Origin: Chrysomallon squamiferum | Lineage: Eukaryota > Animalia > Mollusca | Direction: 5' to 3' | Length of the DNA stretch: 64,000 nt | Assembly (NCBI GenBank): GCA_012295275.1 | Contig: CM022674.1 | Span: 9,424,001-9,488,000, forward strand | Part shown: in pieces, positions 53,036 through 64,000 of the stretch | Position numbering within the stretch: position 1 is the stretch's first letter | Layout of the letters: the number at the start of each line of letters is the position of its first letter | Program-made: the position numbers and the translations under genes | Notes under the pieces: generated by a model | Seen by the model: the letters and a program-made list of their open reading frames with translations, nothing else | Told to the model about the DNA's origin: nothing | Database searches by the model: none

Positions 53036-54085
53036 ATGATAAAGATGATGGAAAAGGTGAAGAAAAGAAAAGTACAAGTGATATTCTTTATGCTGGGGTT
53101 TGTGTCATGTCTTTTTATAATGTACCTCATCTCACAATATAACCATAACAAAACAAGCAGATATACCCAACAGGTTGAAAGAAATATATTTGATTACCAT
53201 CAAAGAGACACATTAAATAATCCACAAACTTTATCAGCAAATACCCAAATTATGATCTATACATGGACAGGCTGTCAATGGGAAAGGCTTTTTAACGTCT
53301 GTACGCTGTCTGTTTTTCCTGACTGTGTCATGCTGAAGACTCAAAATGGAGAGACACCAATTTTTCATCACAATCCACAAATAGACTACACATCAAGACT
53401 ACTTGTAAATTTTGGAGTGAAAGAACCAGAAACCATCCAGTCAGTTTTAAAATACATGAACAATGACTACTCCATCACATTTCTGGATATTGGTTCTCAC
53501 ATAGGATCCATAACACTGCAAATAGCTAAAGCTGGGTACAAGGTTGTGGCTGTTGATCCATTACCTGAAAATGTGGGCAGACTCTGCAAATCAGTTGAAG
53601 CTGGCAATCTGAGCAGTAATGTAACCATTCTTTGGTCTCCAGTATCTGACCACCACACACTTGTATCATTTGCAAGGAAACAGAATATTGGGGAAACTAA
53701 AGTTCAGGAAGGGTTACAAAAAAGACAAACACATGACAAAACGGCACCATCTTGCAAACTGGCTCCCTTGGTTTCCAGAACAGTTACTTTGGATGACATT
53801 ATATATTTCATAAAGTCACAAAAGGTTTTTCTAAAGTTGGATGTTGAATCTCATGAATATTTTGTGATTAAAGGAGGTAAGCATCTCTTCAAAGAGCTAC
53901 AGGTTGTGGCAATCTTCATGGAATGGCAACATGTTAAGACAACTCAAGAAGCAAAGCAGTTAATAACTTTATTAAATGAATATGGTTACGAAGCATACAA
54001 ACTTGGTGATATGAATTTACCTCTTCTAAATGATGAATTTCTAAATTGGCCTTTGGACATTATATGGAAAAAATCTGAAAGATAA
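53036..54085 (+). CDS. FkbM-family (Methyltransf_21) SAM-dependent methyltransferase, type II membrane protein, single coding exon (~349 aa)
   Basis: Basic tail KVKKRK, then hydrophobic anchor VIFFMLGFVSCLFIMYLI; motif I FLDIGSHIG; VVAVDPLPEN; TVTLDD; FLKLDVESHE; IFMEW. Acceptor TTATTTTCAG at 53031 makes ATG 53036 (or 53045/53048) the likely start rather than 53015. AATAAA at 54173. Confidence 0.9.
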   Translation: MIKMMEKVKKRKVQVIFFMLGFVSCLFIMYLISQYNHNKTSRYTQQVERNIFDYHQRDTLNNPQTLSANTQIMIYTWTGCQWERLFNVCTLSVFPDCVMLKTQNGETPIFHHNPQIDYTSRLLVNFGVKEPETIQSVLKYMNNDYSITFLDIGSHIGSITLQIAKAGYKVVAVDPLPENVGRLCKSVEAGNLSSNVTILWSPVSDHHTLVSFARKQNIGETKVQEGLQKRQTHDKTAPSCKLAPLVSRTVTLDDIIYFIKSQKVFLKLDVESHEYFVIKGGKHLFKELQVVAIFMEWQHVKTTQEAKQLITLLNEYGYEAYKLGDMNLPLLNDEFLNWPLDIIWKKSER

Positions 54086-54394
54086 TATCTTAACAAAATT
54101 TGAAACATTATTTATTTCTGATTTCATTTGTTTTGAGTCATATCGTGTAGTCCACTCGGAAAATTGACACTTAATAAAATTAATCTCTCTCTGTTCATAT
54201 ATAGCAATATATATGTAAATAATTATGTTCATTAATTAAAATCATATTAAACATATATTCAAATAGTTGCTTATGCTATAAAATAACTAAGGAAAAAAAT
54301 GAGTATCATTATAATCCAGATATCTAATTACAGAAAAGACAGGCACTCTCAAACTGTTGGAGCAGATATATTTGTCTGTGTATCTTCATGTTTT

Positions 54395-54980
54395 ACAAGT
54401 TTTCTGAGTTATGAGCAGTTACCCTGTTGATTTTATTGAGTTGCATCTTCAGATACGCCGCCACTGGTTGGCACAACAAACAACAAAACATCCACCCAGC
54501 ATTTTGCCAATTTTTTTTTCTAACAATGGATGCTAAGAAAGTGAGTGCAAAGGACAGTGCTGAGAAGAAGAAGTGGATTTTGTCCACTGAATTAGAGTAT
54601 GAAATCATAGAAAAACATGGGCAAAGTGTGCCTGTTTTGAACCTGGCTAGGCAGTACAAGTGTAGTACTTCTATGATATGTGCCATACTGAAGCAGAAAG
54701 AGTCAATAAAGACTATTAAAATTACTGCCAAAGGTGTTAAAATAATTTTTCTGATCTCCAAGATAAATACACTTTATAAAACCAGTTTATTTCTTTACAG
54801 TCTCTTTTGTACAATATTTAAAAACATGTTAAAAAAAATTGGGGTGGTTTTGGCTTGGCTGGAATGAATTAATGGTATTTCAATTAATTTCAATTGGGAA
54901 AACTGATTTCATATATGAGCAAACAAAGTGAAGAGTTCGGTCATGGAATGAATTAAACTCGCAAGTCAAGGTACCACTTT
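54395..54980 (+). mobile_element. Internally deleted Tigger/pogo DNA transposon (CENP-B-type HTH N-terminus plus 3' TIR)
   Basis: MDAKKVSAKDSAEKKKWILSTELEYEIIEKHGQSVPVLNLARQYKCSTSMICAILKQKESIK. The 3' end AATTAAACTCGCAAGTCAAGGTACCACT resembles Tigger TIRs. Confidence 0.85.
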
Positions 54981-56322
54981 ATATAAATAAAAATGATAAC
55001 ACGTTAAAAATAAAAACAATAAGAATCCAAGCCACTACCTCTTTCTATTAATGTAAGTAAAATTAATGATCAGTCTGTTATTTTCTTCATTACTCTAAGT
55101 TGTGTATAATGGAAAGTTAAGAAAGAAATCAGAGTAAACCACAAATTATTGAACAATAATTAAAATTTTAAACAGATGGATAGTCTTGAATGTATCTACT
55201 GTTAAGCAGTTTAAACAAATATTAAGACTGAGTTGACATCACATTGCACGCACACCCATACATTAAAAAAAAGAGACAATCATCAGTGACAACCATTACT
55301 GGACCAGCAGTTGACAGTTGAGACTTTTTCTGGAAACATTTTGTTAAATCTTTGATAAAACTGTCCGTTCATATAGATTTGGTTATTCTTTCTTTTCTTT
55401 AAATACAAGATACAGCATGTATTTTTATAAATTATATGTCTATTTTAGTGTTTATGTTGTGATATTGGTAATGATGAACATTCACTGAATACAATGAGTT
55501 ATTAAAAACTATAGAGACATTACCACAATGTTTTCTCCCTTTTTTTGTATTCAGTTATGTTGAATGTAACAATGTCTCAAATTTGATTCCAATTTCCTGC
55601 AACTTTGTGATTAAGAGTTTACTGTGTGTGTGTGTTTCAAACATCTAGGGTTCATCACAGTCTTTATTTACATGCTTAGAAGACAGAAAGAAAGAAATTT
55701 TAAAAATAAATAATTGTTTTTATTCATAATGAAAAACCAGAAAAATTGTATAAATATACAAAAAGAATAGCAATTTTTTTTCAAGATTTTCTTTTTGTCA
55801 TTTTGTAGTATTTGTAATGTTGGTATATGAATGTTTTCATATAGTAACAGGCACAAAAAAGAAAATGAAATGTGATAAAAAAAACAAATGAAGTTTTATG
55901 ACCTTATATGTATCCACTTACTCTGCTATTATTCATATTTGTCCTTTTGAAAAAAAAGAATCTGGTACATTTATCTGAAATTTTTCTTTATTATTAACAG
56001 TTGTATTAAAAATAGGAAAAAGAATACTGTTTTCCTCAAATTGTATCTTTTGTTTTGCCTAGTGTGTACCCTTACAAAACATAATAAAAAAATATATATA
56101 TATATATATAAAAATCTAATATAAATATAATTAATTTACATTGTTTTTAACACTTGATCAAGAGAATTTAATCACACTTCTTTTTTATCTCTAAATTAAA
56201 ATTTATAAGCTAAAATAATGCACAGAGATTTTAATACACATAACCTAGATATGAAATCCTTTAATAATGTATGCTGAGTTTTCATAGACTTTTCATCTCA
56301 GAGTGATTATTGCTGAACAATA

Positions 56323-59300
56323 TCAGGAAGTTGAAACTGCATAATCTTCTACTTCATATAGGGTTTGCAGTGGATTCTTCCCTGAAATTAGACCCCATCG
56401 GTGACACTTTGGACAAGGAAAACTTTCCACCATGCATGTTTTGTGATAGACAGCCTTGCACCGTGAACACTGGAAATAATTTCAGTATATGTTTGTTTGT
56501 CTGTCTCAGTCTTCATGTAAGTATGTGTGGCTGTGTGGGTAAGTGTTTTTGCATGTGTGTAGTCTGAGAGCCAGACCTTTAAATTTGGTGTTTGAGTACC
56601 AATGTTGATTTTATATTATATGATGTCTGAAATGTACAAAATCAGTTTAACGACATTTCAAATTAAGAGTCCACAGATATTTTTTTCCCAATATAAGAAA
56701 GACTGATAAAATGACCATAGCTCTTATTTAAATTTACCTATAACATGGAATTTATATTATTTTGTTTTGTTTAAAATTCTGCACATTTTGATATATAGTT
56801 ACTGATGTTCATAATAAAATCAGAAAGAAAAAAAAAAAAAAAAAAACTATTGGCTGAGAATGGCATGATTTATCTTTAGAGGTTTTCTATCATTTTAAAT
56901 TCACGGCAGTTTTCTTTCTGAATCATCTAGTCTGGTTTATATTCATGAAAATGGTTAACTAACATCCTTTTGGAATATCAAGATTTGATATGTTTTATAA
57001 AAGTACATCTCACTGAAAGTTTTTAATATTTTTCTATTTAGAAGGTAAACAAATGATAATACAAAAGCTGCTCTTAACACAATATAAGTGAACTCGATAC
57101 CTTCAAAATACGATTCATATCATTATTATTCATATCTGTGGTGGTTTTATGGACATTATGCAGGTAAATCTAATGATGTCACTTTGACCAGAATAATTGG
57201 TGTATTGAAGTTTTTGAATTAAGTATTTTTAAAGGTTAGGTTGTAGCTTAGTCAATAGAGACAATATCAAAGGTTATTTTGTGGACCTATTCAGTGAATA
57301 GCTAGTGCACAGTTAAAATTCTGACAACAGCTAAAGAATGGTCTTTTCTATAAACTGCAACCCAAAGCGTAGAATTGTTGTTATAAATGTATTAAACTGT
57401 CATTAAACAAATATTTATTAGTAACTTCTCAAATGTTGAAGTCATTTTTTATTAATAACTTCTTACAGAATGACATAAAAAAGATTATACTAAAGTTCAT
57501 TGACATATTTGTTATTTTCACAGATTCCATTTCTTAGCCTGGTATCTTGCTTTTGTGGCAAATCTATCAGCTTTCTTGATCATACAGTATATTTAGTAAA
57601 GTCACTGGCAACTGTATCCAATATATTAAGTCTTTTCTTAATACTTTAATAACCCTTTAAATGGTATTCCTAAGTCACAGACAAACAGACATTTAGACGG
57701 ACCCTTCCTCATGGGATTTAAAGATCAATTTCATACTAACCCTGACAAAGAAGCTTTTACACAGCAAAACATCCAGTGCATTTTTATTATGGATGGTTCA
57801 CAAATGACTATGACTCAGAAAGAAAACCTTAGAAAAACCTTAAAATAGTATATATTTTTTTATCTTTATCTTTTAATACATATTTTATTGAATATATTAT
57901 ACAGTTGTAACAGTTACTTCATTTACATAGATATACCTTTCTTATATAGCGTTCAGTACAAAGATGAACATTATATGATATTTTTACATACACTGTACTC
58001 AGATAGCTCATCTGCAATGCTCATTTGCTATAATAACTGTTTATCTGTTTTACCATGCATAAAATTAAAGTTTATTTTATTTTCTCTGAATGCTATTCTT
58101 GTTATTACTATATAATGGTTAATTTGGAACAAACTGATTTTCCTGCATAATCTCCATAAAACCAATACATATGTGAACAATAACTATCTAAATGGTCACA
58201 TAATATTATGAATAGATTTTTCACGTATTTTAATACACAGAATCCATTTGTAAGATAATAAACTGTTTATATAGTGTCTATGTTGCCAGATCACTTGCAA
58301 CAGTACCACAGAAAAATTACAAAAAGTTATAGTTAAATGCTTTGACAAAACAAACCTGTTTACATATCATAAAATGCCAGAAGGACTTGATTTAACCATT
58401 TTCATGAATGTCCAATCTAGATGGCCATAAGATGCTTTAATTTAATATAACAGAAAACTTATGGAGGTATAAAATGGAGAAAAAAAATCAGAGAAAATGA
58501 CTAACTCAAATTTACTAAGTCTGTTATGACCTAAATACCAATATGTGCACAACAGAACAAAATAATCCAGGCTGCTATTTTACTAATCTCTCTTATATCA
58601 GAAAATAATTTGCTTATCCATGCTGTCTTATTTTGTGTGTGTCTTAACAGAGAAAACATTTGGATTTTATTTATAAAAATATTTATTATATACCAATATG
58701 CTAAATATTTTTAGAAACTGAAAGCTAAATTATATACATCTTCATCTTTAATTTAAGGCAAGCTCACAGGAAAATAATTAATGTAATAAACTGAATTTAT
58801 TGTTTTGCAATTTGGGGTACAATTAATTGTTTTTATTAAAAGCTCACCCTGTATGTAGAATCTATTTCAAAAGGATAGATAACTCTGGGGTTATTGCATA
58901 CTTCACAGATGAAACCTTTCTGAGAACATAAGGTGCAGTCATATACATGATGTGATGTAAACTTTACAATTTCACGCAGTGTCTTTGCCAGCTGACCAGT
59001 TGGTACTTGAAGGAAGTCCTAAATGTTTTTAAATAACATCTATTATATTTCTCTATGAATGTAATACTCCAACAAAAACTGACTATTAACCCCTTTGTAT
59101 CCAACTTTACAACGAGGTCATAAAATTTCCAAAGGGAAAAGTTTAATTTTTTTATTTCTCATATATATATATGTTGTCATCTTAGTTAGTCTAATTATCC
59201 AAACAGTTAATTTCACTGGAGCTAAAATGTGTGACAAAATCATTTGTTTTAAATAGTGTTTTAAAATTTAAAAAGATATATTTTCATTAAATAAATGATT

Positions 59301-59918
59301 AGACACGTTGTTTTTAGCTTGATCAGAATCAAGACAGAAACTCCTGTGATTATTGTCAACTATGTTATGAGGGCCAGTATTGTCTCAGCTAGACAAGAAG
59401 AGATCTGAAAGTAGTAGTTTGCATCTCAAATTCAGCCAAGTACGGGTGGGATACAGATAAACACCTTTATACATGTTTCTATGTGTGTATGTATTTGTTA
59501 TAATAATTAACCTACCAACATAGAGAACAAATGAATGTTATCATAGAGATATTCACGAGGCCAAATTTTTTTTCGCAGTTCTTCCGCTAATGACTGCTGA
59601 CATGAAAATATGTATGACTTTAATGAACAAAGCTGGACACGCAGTTTCTGTAAAAAAATATATATTGGCCATTAACAATATCTATGAAAGCTAAAAAAAA
59701 CAAACACATTTACCCTATAAATATGAAATTATTCAGTTTTTTTCAGATATAAAGATTAGTTAAAAAGAGTCATATATTTATATAACTTAGTTAACAGTAA
59801 ATTACCTGCACTTCAGCAAGTTCAGGAACATGTTCATACAGTCGAGGGTTTACACTGGAAACATTAAGTAAAGGCTGATCTTCTATTTCTACTAAAAACT
59901 CAAAACTTTCCCTGGATA
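56323..59918 (-). CDS. 3' four coding exons of a PLEKHM1/PLEKHM3-like Rubicon-homology (RH) domain protein: 59918-59806, 59647-59516, 59018-58848, 56469-56323; 5' exons not found in the window
   Basis: All introns are GT-AG with compatible phases. Spliced peptide: SRESFEFLVEIEDQPLLNVSSVNPRLYEHVPELAEVQ|KLRVQLCSLKSYIFSCQQSLAEELRKKIWPREYLYDNIHLFSML|DFLQVPTGQLAKTLREIVKFTSHHVYDCTLCSQKGFICEVCNNPRVIYPFEIDSTYR|CSRCKAVYHKTCMVESFPCPKCHRWGLISGKNPLQTLYEVEDYAVSTS*. HVxxCxLCxQKGFICE and CPKC are RH-domain hallmarks. Confidence 0.93.
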
Positions 59919-60099
59919 CTGCAACAAAATGAAACAGTTAAAATAAAATTAAAATCAATGATATATTATAACAAAATTACAACTAACAATAAAGGAAGAA
60001 TCATGGCCTTATTTTCTAACAATTATTTTAACTTGTGTTCAGATTGTATGTAATGATGGTATAACTAGTTGTATGTTAGTGGAGGATGGGACCAAGTGT

Positions 60100-61800
60100 C
60101 TGGGTGATATAACCTTGAAAATGAAGCAGAGAACCATGCTCTCCTGGACAGTATATACAGGTATCCTTAATTGTCACAATCTCAAGGTACTTTGCAGAAA
60201 AACATCAGTCAGGATTGTACACAGAAAACATCATCATATTTACAAACCTTGGCCTCTTGCAGACATCAGAATCATTACTACTCTGCACCACAAATCAAGG
60301 GACACAATTAGTTGGTGTTAATCCACAGATATTGATGTTGCAATTTAAAGTTCTAGATGACACAGGCTGCTACCACTGCCCTGCAGTGCTCATCATAACA
60401 ACCAAACACACAACACATCAAGAGACAAACCAGATGGAAATATGGCAGAGCCAAATGTAATGAAAAAAGACATTATTCACAAAAGTAGATCTACAAAAAA
60501 CAAAATCAGTGACTTACATAATGAGATCGCAGAAACATTATATAAAGCAGGTGAGAAAATAATCCAGGTGATTGTTATAAAAAATATAAACTGTCCTAGA
60601 CTATAGATCTGTCAAAAGTAATGTGGGGAAGATAGATGAAAGGAAACACAGAAAAGAATAAACACGAATAAACTCATTGTTATGGAAAGTTGTTGACAAA
60701 AAAGGCATAGCAGAAGAAGTGGACAATGACATGTAATAAAAAAGACTGGAAAGCATGGAATCTGATTAGTAAACTAAGTGTCAAAACATACAAAAGCAAA
60801 AGCAAAATCATCACAACTGACAAGACCAAATTGAAATAAACACTTTGCCAGTAATAATAACTTCAAAGATACCCACAGGACAACAGAACTCTTGGAAGCC
60901 TCCAACTATGTGCACAATTCCCTTTTCAGCAAAGAATTCACATTACATGTATCAGAGAATATGTAAATCAAGCTGTGTTGGGCCTCTCATCGTGACAATA
61001 TAATAAATGAAATGATCCTAGAATTAGATCATTCTGTGATAAAGCTAATACTTTATTAATTTTAAATGAACTACATCTGAACTTCTGAATGAATGGAATA
61101 GAGTATTGCCAGTCCTGCTAAAAAACAAATTAGCCATTTCAGAACTATTTCACTAACATCAATACTCTAAACATTTGACAAGTGCATAATAAAAGCTGCA
61201 GTGTTCATTGATAGTGTCTAGAAGCAAAGCCTATTCTTGAAGATATAGTTCCTTACAAAATGCATAACCTGCATTTGACTCAGTGGTCAGATGTCATTAG
61301 AGAGGATATTCAAAAGGATCATTCACAAGATTCACTGCCAAGATTCAGCCTGTTACTGCTGTACATTAATGAACTGCCATTTATATCACTATCAATACAG
61401 CTATTTATGTTGATTATCTACTCATTTGGACAACCAGAAAACAACAAATGTGTATCAGAATCAGTAAATCTCTATTGTCAGTTTTGAAAACTGAAAATCA
61501 ACAAAGAAAAAATACTATCTACACAATATATTCTAATAATCCATCAAAAGAAGCAAACCCAATTTACTTTGGAATCCAACTTAATAAACATCAATCTATT
61601 GAAAAACACTGACCACATAAACTTTACAAAAGCTATATATAACCAGTTTTTCAAACTCTGTCCAGAATCATAACATCTGACTGATATCAGATGCAATGCG
61701 TTCCACACAAATAGAAGCATATGTGATACCGTCATGATGCCAGTGCCTAAGTTGCTCATTATCACATCTAGGGAATGTAGGTGTTTAGTAAATTCAAATT
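60100..61800 (+). mobile_element. Decayed LINE (reverse transcriptase remnants) in the PLEKHM-like intron
   Basis: FRTISLTSIL (cf. YRPISLTS), SQDSLPRFSLLLLYINELP (cf. PQGSVLSPLLFxxYINDLP), LKINKEK. Many stops; boundaries approximate. Confidence 0.65.
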
Positions 61801-62053
61801 GTAATAGTAATATTTTATCCATTCATTACATAAATAAAACATCAGCAAGAGTCCAGCTGGAGTCATTTAATTTACAAACATATTTTGTAATCATACAGTA
61901 GAAAATAAAAGCAACTACATTATTTATGATTTTGAGAAAATACAAGGTAAATACAGAATCAGTCAGTTGAATCCTAATTAAAGATGAAATCAGGTTAGAA
62001 AGAATCAAGTCAAAACATAAGTTGTAAGTTGCGTTATATAAGTATGTATGTGT

Positions 62054-62056
<3 letters not shown>

Positions 62057-62105
<49 letters not shown>
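62057..62105. repeat. (CA)n microsatellite
   Basis: Pure CA run. Confidence 0.98.
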
Positions 62106-62107
<2 letters not shown>

Positions 62108-62569
62108 ATTATACAGCACGATATCAAAAACAAGGGAGAAAGATATGTTACCATCCTACTGCCAAATGTTTAATAAAGCAAGGCCAAAACTTCAGCTTTA
62201 TCTCCCCTGAGCTCTGACTATCAGATGGAACTGCCAGTTTGTACAACAATCTGCTGGTTGCTGCATTTTCTCAGACTCCCAATTTTCCTTGATGCCTATA
62301 TACATTAGATTTCAGTGAAAACTGCAGAATCAAAGAACAAAGAGAAGCTTGGCTGACAAATTTCAAAGATGGTTTTTACCACCAAACTTGTCATATCTTG
62401 CTTGCAGATTTCCTTAATGTCAAACAGATTTTTAATTATTTGCATATATCAGCAGATGAAGACAATTTATGTACTTATAATTATTAATACATATTAATAT
62501 TTATTTAATATTTGTCATTGATTTATCTTTTCTCTATTTTATTATAGAGACTAGATAATCTCAAGATTA

Positions 62570-63100
62570 TATACATGGGTCATTCCATACGGAATGACCC
62601 ACATATAGAAATTAGTATTTAATAAAATTATCTACTGTTAGTATATGCAAAAGAAATGTATCTAAAGTAACACAGATTCATAGTTATCCAGGTTTTATGT
62701 TAAATGAAAGACGAGATTACATATCTATGTCATGATTATGTGCCAACATCACTCATAGATCCAAAAGGAATGTTGCTACCATCAACACGTATGTTCATAA
62801 TCTGTGTCTCAAACTAGATCATCCATCCCAACAATGTGTACAGTCATGGAGATTCCAAACACTGACTGTGCCAAGCTTCATTTATGACCAGAACCACAAA
62901 GCTACAACAATTCTATCAGACACTCATGTTCTGTTTGCAATCACACCACCTCATGCAGACATCATAATTCCAATTGTATGTCTAGATCTTCAGGGTCAAA
63001 CACAAAAATCTTCTGAATAATACAGCTGAAACAATTTCAGTAATAATATTTTTGTACTCATGACTGACAACATCTAATGTTATGGATGCCGACATCAAAT
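62570..63100 (-). mobile_element. Possible Tc1/mariner-type transposase remnant
   Basis: Minus-strand fragments TVSVW..HD..IVG and VDGSN resemble VxVWxGI...IVGPYFF...VxGxxY. Very degenerate. Confidence 0.3.
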
Positions 63101-64000
63101 ACACTGATAATACAACAAAACAGAAATCACAACTATAAATATACTTACAAAGTAGTTTTTAACCAGACCTATACAAAATCCATTCGTTTTTATTCCACAA
63201 ATATGAACAACAAAAATAGTACTTCATACATCAGTAAAAAATATTCAGTGAATAAAGTAATCCTATGCGTCACTGACAACAAAAGAATGATCAAAAGAAG
63301 TCAAATTCATAGTAAAATACTTTATATAAATCATTTTAACACATACCCTTCTGTTTCTGAAAATCCCAGTTGTGAAGAATTGCTGCTGGAATATAAAATT
63401 CTGCATTCTCATGGCATTCAAAGCAGTAATATCTTCCATTGAAAGAACAAACACGTGATTTGCCATAAACTGAAAATATTTTAAAAGGCATTAAATAACA
63501 TCTTCATACTCAGAAAAAGCTGATAGATCTGACAAAGTTTGTTTTTCAGTCATACATTAATTTTTGTTTTATTCCTGAAAATTATCTTTGAATTATTTTT
63601 ACAACATTTCTAAAAGATCTTCTCAAACTGAATTAAAAAAATACAGACATTCTAAATATTTATATAATTTAATTTAAAAATCATAATAATCAAAATCAAA
63701 ATCAAAATAAAAAAATTGAATGTTTTAAATATACCTGTTTATATTATTTTTAACAGGGAATATTTAACTACTGACAAATAAATGGAACAATAAATATTTA
63801 TTAGATAAAATTTACACAGTCCAATGGGTCTACTGCAAGAAAAACACTGATAGTTTTGAGAATCCAAACCCTTTTCTACTGCCAATTCACCAAGTTGTTT
63901 TAAATATATGCTGTTATTCTGAAAAATATATAAATAATAACTGATATCAATTTTCTAAAATCTGATAACAGTGAAAATAAAAATAAAATATAAAATGTAA

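Noticed and set aside
25354-63466. Numerous 60-120 aa ORFs rich in F/I/L/K/N in the ORF track
   Set aside because: Composition reflects AT-rich non-coding DNA, microsatellites or antisense frames; no motifs.

Overview
Eukaryotic, AT-rich animal DNA. The repeat and gene content suggests a lophotrochozoan, possibly a mollusc (inference). Positions 1-21.9 kb are the edge of a nearly homogeneous, CpG-rich 565-bp tandem satellite (~39 units visible, broken by a 200-N gap). Each unit is a cryptic dimer of two diverged monomers, A (~320 bp) and B (~245 bp). The array ends in a single older, CpG-depleted monomer (C) carrying parts unique to each of A and B. A short TAAY-loop hairpin followed by GAAA recurs in all three monomers with one compensatory change, and monomer B carries a tRNA-type Pol III A-box on the minus strand. 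The array abuts a G-rich compound minisatellite whose TG polarity flips to CA at ~24.45 kb. The remaining ~39 kb contains a single-coding-exon myosuppressin/DMSR-like GPCR with a 1-nt frameshift in a T7 run and an intronless type II membrane FkbM-family methyltransferase. It also holds the last four exons of a PLEKHM1/PLEKHM3-like gene (minus strand, missed by the ORF track) and many decayed transposons (hAT MITE, LINEs, FLYWCH-MULE, Ginger2-like, Tigger, Tc1/mariner-like). All calls are from manual reading, with no database searches.
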